DNA of 64,000 bases from Negaprion brevirostris. Lineage: Eukaryota. The notes under the pieces were generated by a model, which did no database searches, was not told the origin of the DNA, and was given only the letters and a program-made list of their open reading frames with translations. Made by a program: the position numbers and the translations under genes. Shown here piece after piece: positions 51,739 to 63,961 of the stretch. The stretch lies in NCBI GenBank assembly GCA_030324005.1, contig JARDVH010000128.1, forward strand, positions 14,261,003 to 14,325,002, given 5' to 3'. Numbering within the stretch: the stretch's first letter is position 1; the number at the start of each line of letters is the position of its first letter.

Positions 51739-52363
51739 AAAAAATGGGAGTCCCCTTCCAGCTTCCCCTACGAGGGAAANNNNNNNNNNNNNNNNNNNNN
51801 NNNNNNNNNNNNNNNNNNNNNNNNNNNNNNNNNNNNNNNNNNNNNNNNNNNNNNNNNNNNNNNNNNNNNNNNNNNNNNNNNNNNNNNNNNNNNNNNNNNN
51901 NNNNNNNNNNNNNNNNNNNNNNNNNNNNNNNNNNNNNNNNNNNNNNNNNNNNNNNNNNNNNNNNNNNNNNNNNNNNNNNNNNNNNNNNNNNNNNNNNNNN
52001 NNNNNNNNNNNNNNNNNNNNNNNNNNNNNNNNNNNNNNNNNNNNNNNCATCTCAGGAATCCGCCTGTGAAATTTTTTTGAATTGATTCTAATGCAAGTGT
52101 ATCCTTCCTTAAATAAGGAGACCAAAAGTGATTACAGATTACAGATACTTATAGTTTAAATAATATTCTGCTTTTCTATTCGACCTGTCAAGTGGACAAC
52201 CTCACATTTTCCCCACATTACACACCTTCTGCCAAATTTTTTGCCCACTCACTTAACCTATTCATATGACTCTCTGTACCCACCTCACAAATTGCTCCTA
52301 CCTGTTATTTTGTCGTTAGCTGATCTTGCTACAAGGCAGTTGTATTTATCCAAGACATAGGTA

Positions 52364-52677
52364 AATGGTTGGCACAGTGGTCAGCAATGCTGCCTCGCAG
52401 CACCAGAGGCCCAGGTTCAATTCTGGCCTCAGGTGACTGTCTGTGTGGACTTTGGCCATTCTCCTCGTGTCTGCATGGGTGGTGGGCCTGTGGGTGCTCC
52501 AGTTTCCTTCCACACTCTAAAGATGTGCGGGTTATGTTGATTATTGACTGATTATGCTGGATTGTTCATTAGTGTCAGGGGGGTTGGGGGGGGAGAAATA
52601 GGGCCTAGATGCTACTGTTGTTGGTGCAGGTGTGATGGGCCAAATGGCCTCTTTTACACTGTAGGGATTCTATGATT
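52364..52677 (+). mobile_element. HE1-like V-SINE, tail type A
   Basis: ggcacagtggtcagcaatgctgcctc ... gatgggccaaatggcctcttttacactgtagggattctatgat. Confidence 0.9.
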
Positions 52678-53941
52678 TATATACATCATAAATAGTTGAG
52701 ACCCCACTACTGATCCTTTTGGAATTGCACTCACTACAGTTTGTCAAATTGGAAATTGCTCTTTTATTTTGCCTCTGTTTCCTGTCAGTTAGGCACTCCT
52801 CTATTCTTGCTGATATATCACCCTGACACCATGTGCTTTTATCTTGTGCAATAACCTTTTATGTGGCACTTTTTGAATGCCTTTTGGCAAGCTAAATGCA
52901 CTATAGTTATTGGTACCCATTTATCTTGTTGCATCCCTCAAATAAGTTTGTGAAACATGATTTTCCTTTCACAAAACCATGTTGACTCTGCCTGATTGTA
53001 TTTTGATTTTCTAAATGTCCTGCTACTACTTCTCAATGATGGATTCTCATTTTTCCAATGACACATTTTAGGCTAATTGGCTTATAGTTTTCTGCTTCCA
53101 GTGTTGATAGATTACAACCAATACATCCATAGGATGCAGACCATCAAGTCCAGGTTACTTTCAAGCTTTTTGCCCCAGTACTTTTTCTCTTGTGATCATA
53201 ATTGTTCCAAGTTCCTCCTCTTTTGCCTCTTGATTTTCTACTTTTCTTTATTTTTTAGATACACCCCTAATTTGTGATATTTCCCTTTGTCCATCCATTT
53301 GCTTTGCTGGTCCCTCCCTCCTCCTTGGTTCTTTGACCAGGTTAAGGTGGGTTAAGGTAGGGAAACAGTGAAAGCTGTTAGCATTCAAATGCAAATTAGG
53401 TAGGTTTGTTTTAAAAATATAATTCTGGGATGGAATATATGAGCAATTTAAGACACTGCATAGCATATTTGGGGGAGCAGATGAATTTGGGCTGATGGTT
53501 CCCAAAGCTTTCTGTCAATAGATTTCCTTGTGTTACGTTTGTGTCTGCTATAAAATAATAATTAATGATTATTTCATTACCAACTTCCTTATTGTTGTAT
53601 TGTGTGACTACCAGGATGACAAACGATGAACTGGATGGACTTTTATCATCTACTTTGTATGTTCCTTTGATATTTTCATTTCTCCATCATACATAAGAAG
53701 CACAAAAGCCAATTTTAGCATTACTGTTGCTATGCTGACTTCAGCTTACTAGCACAAACTGAGATGCAGGAACTCTGTGATTCAGTTCTTCACTAATCAG
53801 TAAACCTCCTGACAAAGCCCCTACAAGCTTCTCATTTGGATGGATGTTATGATCCAGGCCATAGCCTCACTATGTTTGCATATTACAAAGAAGATGTTGT
53901 ACAGAAGTAGGCCATTTAGTGCAAACCAATCCATCTCATAA

Positions 53942-54301
53942 TTTTTTTTTATTCATTCGTGGGACTTGGACATCGCTGGATGGCCAGTATTTATTGCCCA
54001 TCCCTAGTTACCCTAGGGCAATTGAGAGTCAACCAATTGCTGGGGCATTGGAGTCACATGTAGGTCAGAACCAGTGAAGGATGGCAAATTTTCTTCCCTA
54101 AAGGACATTAGTGAACCAGGTGGGTTTTTCCGACAATAGACAGTAGTTTCGTGGTCATCAATAGATCTTTAATACCAGATTTCTTTTATTAAATTCAAAT
54201 TCTACCATCTGCTGTGGCAGGATTCGAACCCGAGTCATCAGAACATTAGCTGAGTTTCTGGATCAACAGTCCAGCAATAATACCACAAGGCCATCACCTC
54301 C
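53942..54301 (-). mobile_element. tRNA-derived SINE (second family), full length
   Basis: Reverse complement of the 39751 and 48498 copies; B box ggattcgaaccc; tail atttattgcccatccctagttaccct. Confidence 0.9.
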
Positions 54302-54849
54302 ACTTGAACCTACTCTCATTCTACCTCATCTAATTCGGTCAGTGAAGCTCTACATTTCCTCTCTCTCATATGCTCACCCGACTTCCTCTGAAATGCATCT
54401 AAATTATTAGCCCTTACCAACAGTATTGTTGTGATTGGCTGACGTGATGTGTGCTTCTGCAGAGTTGGGATGAACAAAAATATCTTTTCCATGTCTGTTC
54501 AGACAAGGAGTCAGCTGAGGATTGATGAGTTCTTTAAAACTGTGCACAGTTCTACTTTTTGTAATTGCAAAACTTTTGTCATAATCTTTCTTTTTCTGTC
54601 ATTATTTCCTAGATTGCCAGAGGCTGGAAACTCTTCTAGTTTATTATCATCTTTCAAATAAGATTCCAGACAGGGTCTCCATCTGGTTGTTCAACCAGGT
54701 GACACTATTTAAAAAATAGTGTGGAGTTTTCGAATGCCCTGGCTAATATTCATCCCACAGCCAGTGTCACCAAAGAAGCAGATAGCGTGGCCTTTTGTTT
54801 TGTTCGTGAGATCTTGTTGTACTCAAACTCACTATCACTGTTACACAGT

Positions 54850-55290
54850 GCTTTTCAGGACTGCCAAACATCTCAAAACACTTTATAGCCATTGAAGCAC
54901 TTTTTAAAGTGTCGTCATTGCTGTAGAGTAGAAAACGTGGCACCCTACATATGCAAAGCTAACTCCCACAAAACAGCAATGTGATAATGACTAGATAATC
55001 TGTTTTCACAATGGTGACAGAGGGATAAATATTAGCTTGGACACCAAGAATAACTCCGCCGCTTCTCTTTGGAATACAGCCATGGGATCTTTTATACCCA
55101 ACCGAACTGGGAGGTGGGGGTCTCAATTTAACCTCTTATTAGAAAGACACTGCATTCTAACATTGCAGCACTCCCTCAGAACTGCAGTAGAGTGTGTACC
55201 TTGAATTTTGTACTCCAGTCCTTGTAGTGGGACTTGGACCCAGAACTGTTTGACTTTGAGGTGGAGGTGCTAACAACTGAGCCACAGCTT
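54850..55290 (-). mobile_element. Deu-SINE (SacSINE1-like), near full length, nested in an oppositely oriented Deu-SINE (about 54690-55400)
   Basis: Head reverse complement gggacttggaccc..gtgctaacaactgagccacagct; Deu-like core gccatgggatctttta..gcagcactccctcag; tail acactttatagccattgaagcacttttt. Confidence 0.8.
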
Positions 55291-56996
55291 ACAGTGCAAT
55301 TACATAAATAACATTCACTGCATTTCAAAAGTAATTTTTGTGCTAGGAAGCACTTTGGGATGTCATGAGGACTTGAGTGGTGCCAAATAAATGGAGTGAC
55401 TTTCAGTTCCTGATTATTCAAAGTCCCATTGCAGTGAGGAAAGCATTTGCAGGGATGTTAGTTCCGTAGACAAGGTTCTCCACTGCACAGGCGATGGTCA
55501 AATTTATTGTCAGAAATAAGCACATTAAAAATCCTAATTTATCATCAAATACTAGTCTCAAAAATTTTCAAAGGGAAAGCAAATGCAGGGTCATGGCATG
55601 TATCTGTGTATATCCATATTGGAACTGGGACATAGCACAGATTGTGGACATTGCTGGAGTTTAACTTCTAAACTGGTGGCTTTATTATCCTTCATCCTCT
55701 GGCAGTTTTTCTCTTGCTATGCCTTTTATTTCTGTCAATGGATTTTCTGTCTCTTATTTACATTCCTTCACAGCACCCATGTCAACACATGAAATGCTGT
55801 TTGGGGCAACTCTGCTCTAAAGATATTGTAAATACTTGGTTAGAAAATTTGTCCTGGAAGGCTATATTTCAACTAGTTACATTCCTAAAGGATATTTCAT
55901 AAAGTCTTGCACATAAAGGTGTATATTGGCTTAGGGTGATTTATTTTCAATGCCTGTTGGTATGAAATAAACTCTGGGGATTTAGCTTGTAACTACTGTT
56001 TTCTTTCAGTTGTGACATTTTTTAGTCATTGACTGTTTCTTGATGTGTAAATCCTAAAAACATTGCTTAAGTGAGCAGTTATCCTCAAATTTGTCACGTA
56101 ATTTGCCCTTATACCAGGGACTTGGGATGGGAGTACCTTCTCTCTCCTACAAAATTGCTTGTTTATGTTTCACAGCCTGTTTGTTATATAAACTCTGTGA
56201 GCATACAGGAAACTCCATTTGCTGCAAGAACAGGTTTATATCATTTTAGGTAATGGCTTCTACTATACAACCCCTGCTTATATCCTCTCTTGTGTTAGCT
56301 GGGCCCAGGTTTCCTCACCTTCCCCAAGGAGCCATGTGTACTGAAGCTCGGACACTAAGTGGGAACAGGCCATCTGGTAACACAACTGCCTCTGATCAGG
56401 ACTTCTCTCGACCCTCCTACACAAACCCTGCAGAGAGATTAGGAGCGAGGATTCGGGCTTGTCCCCCTCACCCAAACACACACTGAGTGACAGGCAAAAC
56501 TTCTCAGGGATCTGAAATTGTGAGTTGACTCTGAACCCATCAATGACAAAAGAGGTCACTACAGAAAAGGTACACCCAATTAACTGGGCTACAGGCACAG
56601 GTTCCATATAGATCTAAGGTTTTGTTACTTCAATAATATCACAGTTAGTGCATGTAACAGCCTGTCTGAAACACAAGAGTAAAGCGCAAATCTCCACTTC
56701 ATTATGCTCAATTCTGAATCAGTCAACAAAGCAGAGACTTCCCTCTCCCATATGACAATCACCTTTCATAGTAAATTTGAGAACCAAGTTTGGGGGGGGT
56801 GGAGGCTGATGTCCCTGAATCAAATTCCTCACCCTGTCTGTCTCACTGTCATAGCTCATGCCCCTTCACCATGCAGTCTTGAAGGTGGCACATTCTCAGG
56901 TAAATATACAACATACCACACCTCCCTCTTTATAATCTCCGATTTAACCAATACTGACAATTGATCCCTCACTAATGTGCAATCTGTAGTTAGCAA

Positions 56997-57203
56997 TCAC
57001 AGTGAAACACAGCTTCTGCGCAGTTTAGCAAAAGGATTCTTAGCAAGAGTTTTGTCGATGTCAACAGTAACACCATTTTGTACGAGAGCTTTATCGAATG
57101 ATGGAGGTAGCTCATGCTGCCTTCTACTATTACAGTCATCAGAGTTTACAATCATCACACTCTTATTTTTAAAGTAGATGTTTGCGAGGTCTCGCCAGTG
57201 ATG
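56997..57203 (-). other. Candidate antisense terminal exon / small ORF of unknown identity
   Basis: Branch-like tttaac, then ttgctttcatgttcccag acceptor, then 68 open codons to TGA with coding-like codon pattern; no family recognised. Confidence 0.3.
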
Positions 57204-58314
57204 CTGGGAACATGAAAGCAATTGTTAAATGGGTTGAAATTAGGTTTCCTGGGCTGGACATCTGAAACATTAAATCCTTGAGGAAAGTTCGTGGGTTAAA
57301 GACTCCCTCACTGATGTCAACTAGAGGTGGGGGCTGAGCTGGCGTCAGGCAGCTTTGTCAGTAACCGAGATGTCTCTGGACTACAGTTTAAACAGCAGTG
57401 ACAGACATCTGGAGCAGGGCGCTCGGCTCCCCTTGCACTACATTCCTCTCCTTAAGAACAACATCCGTTCCACACTCATTGTATATGTGCATTAAACACT
57501 GCTCCCATATACNNNNNNNNNNNNNNNNNNNNNNNNNNNNNNNNNNNNNNNNNNNNNNNNNNNNNNNNNNNNNNNNNNNNNNNNNNNNNNNNNNNNNNNN
57601 NNNNNNNNNNNNTGATGCTGAGAACTGAATATGCATAAAGGGGTAAAATCTTTCAGACAAGTCATGGTTTTATTGATGGCAGAAGGGCTGAGTGGCCTAT
57701 CCTGTTCTTAATTCCTAAGTTCTGTTAATCGGACATTCCATTCACAGGCTAAAAGGAACCAGAGTCATTACCGCAGTAGTGAGGCTGTGGTCTGTACAGC
57801 AGTTCTGTGAGAAGATATGCACTGGTCTCCATGCTTTATAGGAGAGGAAAGAATCAAACTTTTACAGTTACTGCAGAAACTGGAATGATAGGGAATCTGT
57901 GGCTGGAGTTGTCGCTCCAGCAATGGGAGCGAGAGTGGGGAAAGACTTAAGCCTTTGGTCATTATATCACCAGTAATGGAAGCAAGCATGATGGGGAAAG
58001 GAGAACCAATGGAGCCGGAGGGACAAGGCTGGTCCTGTTGCAGCGACATGGAATCATTGGCTCAGCTAAACTCCATAGAATTGAGAATGATTAAATCTAG
58101 ACATGCATGGCTGTGGTGAAAGGAGGGGTGTGGCATAATTGACTCAAACCTGTAATGGGTCTGAAAGNNNNNNNNNNNNNNNNNNNNNNNNNNNNNNNNN
58201 NNNNNNNNNNNNNNNNNNNNNNNNNGGATCCAAAATTTGCATTTCTAATTCCAAACTTCCAAAGGAAAGCAATGAGAGTTTTTTGGCAGAGAGCTCATCC
58301 TTGTGTAAATGAGT

Positions 58315-58745
58315 GTTAGCTTGACTTGATTTGCCTTTGAATCAGGAGTTGCAGGCTCAAGTCCCATCTCAGGTTATTGCATGGGCTAATAACTACAGTG
58401 CAGCCTTGAGGGAGAGCTGCACAGTCTGAAGAGCCATGTTTTGAAGGAGATGTTAAGCCAAGACTTTGGCTGTCTGTCCAGGGGCATGAAAAAGATCTAT
58501 TCAAAGGGAGCAGGGGATTTTTTTTTCCAAAGTCCTGGCCAATTCCTCCTTGAATCATCATCAGAAAAGCAGATTAAAAGTGTTATTCATCTCACTTGCT
58601 ATTTTGGGATTTAGCTGTTCAGATTGGCAGTTGTGTTTGCCTACATAATAACAGTGACTTCACTTCAAAAATAATTCATTGAATATGAAGTGCTTTGGGG
58701 CATCCTGAGCTTGTGATGAGGGTCTATGAATACTGGTTCATTCCT
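58315..58745 (+). mobile_element. Deu-SINE (SacSINE1-like), full length, degenerate
   Basis: Head gaatcaggagttgcaggctcaagtccc; tgagggagagctgc; gtcctggccaattcctcc; tail acagtgacttcacttcaaaaataattcattg..gtgctttggggcatcctgag. Confidence 0.8.
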
Positions 58746-61700
58746 TCTAAATGATGTTTATTGATTCATTTGCCTAGAGGTGTGCTTGTTAAATGAGGGC
58801 AAAAGGCCACTCAGCCATCATATGGAAAAAAGGTTGGGGGGGGCGGAGCTTAAGAAATGCATTGTGTGCTGGTGTGACAGGAAATGTTCATTTTATTGTT
58901 TGCTTTTTATAATTCAACAGTCAGGTCATGCGTGATTTTTACCCAACTTTCAACATTGCGCACAATAAACTCAGCTGATTTTTTACTTTAATACACTTTG
59001 GAATTGATTAAAGAAGCTACATTTACAAGCACTACCTTCACATCATAGATAAAGCCCTCAGCTTCATCCCCCAAGTTGGGAAAACAGTACATTTTGACAA
59101 AATGTGACTTCTGTAAGGTTTGTGATATTGAATTTACAGATAAAATTTTGTGGACTTAATAATCAATGTCTAGAGGGCCAAGAAAATAAGAGACAGTGAA
59201 ACATTAAACTGGATTTATTTTCATGGACCTTCTCGTACTGATCTTTGTTGTTTTTGACATTTTTTAAGAATCTCACTTTGGAATGCTCTTGGTCAGAATT
59301 GTTACTTCAGTGTTGACAGTAATACTTTTATAATTGGAGCAATTGTAAAATTTTAGATCTGGTGAGTGTTCTTCAAAAACACACCTAGAGAAAATGAGGT
59401 GCAATCCAATATGAAGTCCACCGCTCTGCAACTTTGCTGTGTGCTGAATTTTATTTATTCAACCTTGATGTTAGTTATTAGCAAATTACTATTAGTCTGG
59501 TTCATCCCATTGCAAGTAATGGATGTTTATGGTTATATTTGCCCTTCAGAATCTTGTCACATTGCAGTTGTATGACCTGTTTTTTAAATTTCAAAGTTCT
59601 TGAACTGTATTTTGCAGAACTTTGAAAGTCTCATTGTCAGAATTTACTTTAGTGTGAATTGGCTTCTAGTTTTAAGTGCGAGCCAAATGTGCATGTTATG
59701 CTGTGTAGTGGGTCTCCTTTCATGGTCAGTTTTAAATGCAGTTCTAAAAGATGTATTCTCACATTTCATTTTCTTACATTAATATTCCATACCTAGCATA
59801 ATGGCTGCAATGACCACTGGGAATATGTTGCCTTGGGTATACATATCAGTTTGCATTTCCACAATTTTGAATGGGGGAAGGCTCAGATTTGGGTGTGTAA
59901 CAAAGAGCTATTGATGGTGGGAAGAAAAGAGACATGGTTCCATTTTATGTTTACAAGCACAAACATATAACTAGCTGGATTGTTAATTAGACTTCGTGCA
60001 GTATGTGTGCTGTATATTTAGCACCAGTATCCACAATAAGCTTTCTGTTCTTCAGTAAGTGTGTGAAAAGAACACATGTTGAGGTTGACATTTGAAATTA
60101 AACAATTATTATTTGTGGGATTGTGCTGCACAATTGACAAAACCTCGTTTGAAAGTGCAGCAAGATAATATATGGGTATATGACCTAAGTATTTAAGGCT
60201 CAATTTTAACTTGGGATGTGAGCTTGGCTTGCTGGGATCAAACAGTCGTCAAAATTGCATCATGGTGTCACAAAAGCTTTTAACAGTTCTAATGCTTTGG
60301 CCTTATTTAAATGTTAACCAGAAATCTTATGCCCAAATCCAGTGAGAATCATTACCAGGATCTGGGGTTGAAATTTTAGATGCCAGGAAACTTGTCACCA
60401 GGAACAACTTCTTGCAAAAATTGGTGATGAGGGAGGCTGGCCCAGGATTGCTCATAGGAGGAGGACAAACCTAAAGTTTCCTTGTGCAGCCTGGGTTAGA
60501 AGCCCTGTGCTAAAACACTCTTAACAGAGTGTCCTTTCTTTCTGAATTCTGGGACTAATCTACAGAACCAAAATAGACATTTGCAGCAGTGTATGTCTCT
60601 ATCTTTCTAAAAATGTTGAAATGACCTCAAATGGGTTAAAAATTTGGCATGCAGGAGCCTGTTTGACTGTTTGTGTCTGCAATAGCTCTTTGAAAGAATT
60701 ATCCTATTGTCCCGCTCATTTCCCATCGCCATGTAGATTTCTCTTTTCAGTATTTATCCAATTCCCTCTTGAAAGTTACAATTGAATCTGCTTTACATTC
60801 CTGGGAATATTGTGTAGACTTATAAATTGGAGGTAGTTGAGCTAAGTAATTGAGGGATTTTTAAAATTAGTCAAGAAAACAAAGTACGCATTGTAATTAT
60901 TCTTTTGCTGCATTTTCAAATATATGTTTCAAATTGGGTCTCGGAAATCTATTTGGTTCATATTGCATAGAAGATCCTTTATTTGAGCTGAGTTTTAAGC
61001 TGACATGGTAGAACGCTAATTCAGCAGTTTTGGGAATACAGCCATGCCCTCTCTGCTATGGGAACAGGATAAGGTCTCCCTGAGGCTTAAAATCTGACCT
61101 TCCTACCCTTCCACTGCCACTGAATATCCCATTGCATCTTCCTGGGCTGACACAGGCTGTGAGACTATCCACTGGTGTTAGCTCCCATGCCACTTGGTAG
61201 GCACCTTTTTGAAGTTACTATGGGTTATTGAAATCAATACAATAGGGATAATTTTCCAAGTTCATGCTACTAGCAGGAGTCTTGCCTGCCATCTCCCCCA
61301 TTAAGAGATTGTAGAGATACCAGTCACGATTTGTCGATCATTTGTATCAAAGATGCTCTGAACATGGAAAAAATCAGTCTTATTTTGCCAAGTAGTTTCT
61401 GCTAAGTTATAACCAATGCATTAGGAGTATCCCATGGCAACTATGAATGTATTTTTTTAAGTGGTTAGACATAATGACCTTTTATGCATTGTGAAAAGTT
61501 GGGATTTAGAAGTTTTCAAGACAATAAGTTTATTAGCCAAATGTCTACATATATTTATACTACAAACATAATGTTGGTATGGTGCAGTTTCAGCTTTGCA
61601 TTGATATTAACTTTGTGTAGTGTAAATCAGAACAGAACTAAGTTCTGAGGAAAACAAAGTGACACTCCCTCCTGCAAGAGGTCTTAACACATGTTCAATA

Positions 61701-62249
61701 TAGCACTAGGTTGGGCTCTGCTTCCAACTGACTTTACAATCACATAAAGTTTCGTGAAAATCAAAACTCCTATGCAAAATACTACAATTATCATATGAAT
61801 GCATCTTTAATTATAATCACTCAACTGGTAGGTTTAGAAATGCCTTAAAATTAAATCTGGAGTTAAAAAGAATCTGAAATAGAATCTAAATATAATATTT
61901 TTTAAATTGCAGAACCCTGCTGTCATATGTGCCAAAGAATGTGCACATTAATATGACATGCACTATGTATCCTGGTTAGAAATTTCTGATCTTAGTGATT
62001 ATATCAGTTGTAGATGACACTCATCCCAAGTATCTATTCACAAAGTATTTTACAGCCTATGGGCACAGAATATTGCATCATTGAAAGAGACTGTTGTGTC
62101 TGTATTGGTTCTTTGAAAGAGACATCCAGTTTGGTGCACTCCCTCAACTCTTTACCCGTAGCCATGCAAATTCATCCATTTCCCTGTCGAAATATCCCTT
62201 TTCTCTTTTAAGGATTTTCAGACTGGATCATACATCCTAGTGTTGCATT

Positions 62250-63328
62250 TGAGGGGTACTCCAAAGATGCGGTGGGGAATCCCTACAGGACGTTTCCACA
62301 TAATGGCTTACCTGGCAATTGTCCAGAAGGACCACCTTTCCCTGGACAATGGTGCTGGGTGGGGAACTCATATCTGACAATGCAATTTAAATTGTTAACT
62401 TTGGATGGTTCTGCCAGTTTTACATAAGACTCTGAAAGAATCAGAAGGAAAAGAAAAGCGCTTCTAACTTCAGAGTAACTACTTTAAAGACCCAAACCGA
62501 GCCTGCACGGGATCCTCTATACTTCTGAACCCCAAGGGGACCTCCACACCCTCCCCCTNNNNNNNNNNNNTCCACACCCTCCCCCTCCTCCCGCATGGGC
62601 CATCCCCCTGCCTAGGCCACATGTCTCAGCCTACACCACCTAACGCCCACCCTCCAACCGACCCCACACTCCTGACCCAACCCGACCATCCTCTGACTTG
62701 GCCCCAAACTTCCATGCCTGGAGCAGCACTGTGGCACAATGGTTAACACTGCTGCCCCACAGTGCCATGGATCCGGGTTCGATTCCCGGCTTGGGTCACT
62801 GTCCATGTGGAGTTTGCACAGTCTCTCCATGTCTCCCCATCTCAGGGTGCTCCGGTTTCCCCCCACAGTCCAAAGATGTGTGGGTTAGGTGGATTGGCCA
62901 TGCTAACTTGTCCCTTAGTGTTAGGGGGACTAAATTGGGTAAATGGATGGGGTTATGGAGATAGCACCTGGGTGGGATTGTGGTCGGTGCAGACTCGATG
63001 GGCCAAATGGCCTCCTTCTGCAACCTCCCCACAGCTCGATGTTCTACTCCCCTTCCTTTGGCTGCCAATGTCCAAATTCCCGTCCCCAAATCCCATTCAC
63101 TTACCTTAAAAATTTACCTTCCCTCTTTCAATGGGACCTTTAACCTTGCCTGCTTCACTGCAGCTAGTGCAGTAAAATGGAGTGTCCCCCTTCCCTCCGC
63201 TCCGTTTATCCTTCACTGCTGGTGAGTCAGGATGGTCATGTGAGTCAGGCATTTTACGATTTAAGCACAGGTAAGTCATTCAGAGTGGCAATCCACTGCA
63301 GATTGCCACTCTGAGGAAGTTACGGGCC
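62250..63328. mobile_element. GC-rich interspersed repeat (putative non-autonomous DNA transposon) hosting an HE1 SINE
   Basis: C-rich core like 1304-2234; subterminal perfect hairpin at 63280-63314; ends gaagttacgggcc. Confidence 0.4.
62722..63022 (+). mobile_element. HE1-like V-SINE, tail type A (3' truncated)
   Basis: agcagcactgtggcacaatggttaac..gggttcgattccc..gcagactcgatgggccaaatggcctccttctgca. Confidence 0.92.
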
Positions 63329-63656
63329 ACTAGATCCTAGAAATTTGAAGTTATTGATTTGTTCTAGCACAACAGTAATTGTTAACTGGAACATGCACTG
63401 ACTGCCTTTGGAGTGTCACTTTGCATACAATTTTGTCAGATTAAAAATCCATTCTTTTACAGTCTGTCCTGCCTAGACACGTTGCTCTAGGGTAGTTAGA
63501 ACGCAATGAAAAATAATGTTGACTAAACACTTGCAGAATTAAAACCTTATTTTTCAGTGACATTGGAGCATATAGATTTTTTAAAAACTGCTGGAGAAGC
63601 TTGACTGAGTGGAAGTCCTATTGCTTCTCTGTACTGTTGAATTAGAAATCTTTACT

Positions 63657-63955
63657 ATTGTGCGTAATTTCGTTGTGTTGCGACAAAAGCTAGGGGTTCT
63701 TTGTATGATGGGTTTCAGGATGCCCTCGACGTAGCTGGAGAGGTTCTCGCAGAGTTCCATTGCCCAATATGATGGGACAGCCAAATTTGTTTGTCTTGTG
63801 TATCTTTGGGAGGCAGTAGAGCTCTCCAACATGGGGTGTACGTGGAATGAGAGCACCAAGGGTGCTCTGAAGGTCTGGATCAAAGGTCTTGATCAGTCTG
63901 TTGAATTAACGGGTGTGTCTGTAGTATTCCTCCTTGTTCAGTTTTCGGTACACAA
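63657..63955 (-). mobile_element. Penelope-like element RT fragment (pseudogenised)
   Basis: Minus strand LIKTFDPDLQSTLGALIPRTPHVGELYCLPKIHKTNKFGCPIILGNGT / CENLSSYVEGILKPIIQRTPSFCRNTT carries the PLE signature 'YxLPKIHK..RPIIS'. Confidence 0.88.
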
Positions 63956-63961
63956 AGCCGC

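Larger units (their letters stand above)
51205..53240 (-). mobile_element. Long old CR1 LINE, interrupted by two HE1 SINEs and an N gap
   Basis: Reverse complement of the 3' end (ggccatttggcccctcaagcttgctctgc); RT motifs gaatgccttttggcaa (FQKAF), aaaaccatgttgact (SQHGF), ttaggctaattggcttatagtt (NYxPISL). Confidence 0.8.

Noticed and set aside
57186-57198. Minus-strand TGGCGAGACCTC (WRDL), like LMF1 exon 5 'CWRDLTC'
   Set aside because: Wrong strand for this LMF1, and the flanking residues (GLIKIRGD, TCM) are absent; coincidence.
57768-58049. 93-aa minus ORF as the coding exon upstream of 57203
   Set aside because: Splicing at 57772 in that frame, or from the ATG at 57832, enters short frames of the downstream exon rather than the 68-codon frame.
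62612-63143. Recurrent similar peptides (MAQWLTLLPHSARDPGSIPGLGHCLCGVC..) at several loci
   Set aside because: Translations of HE1 SINE copies, not a gene family.
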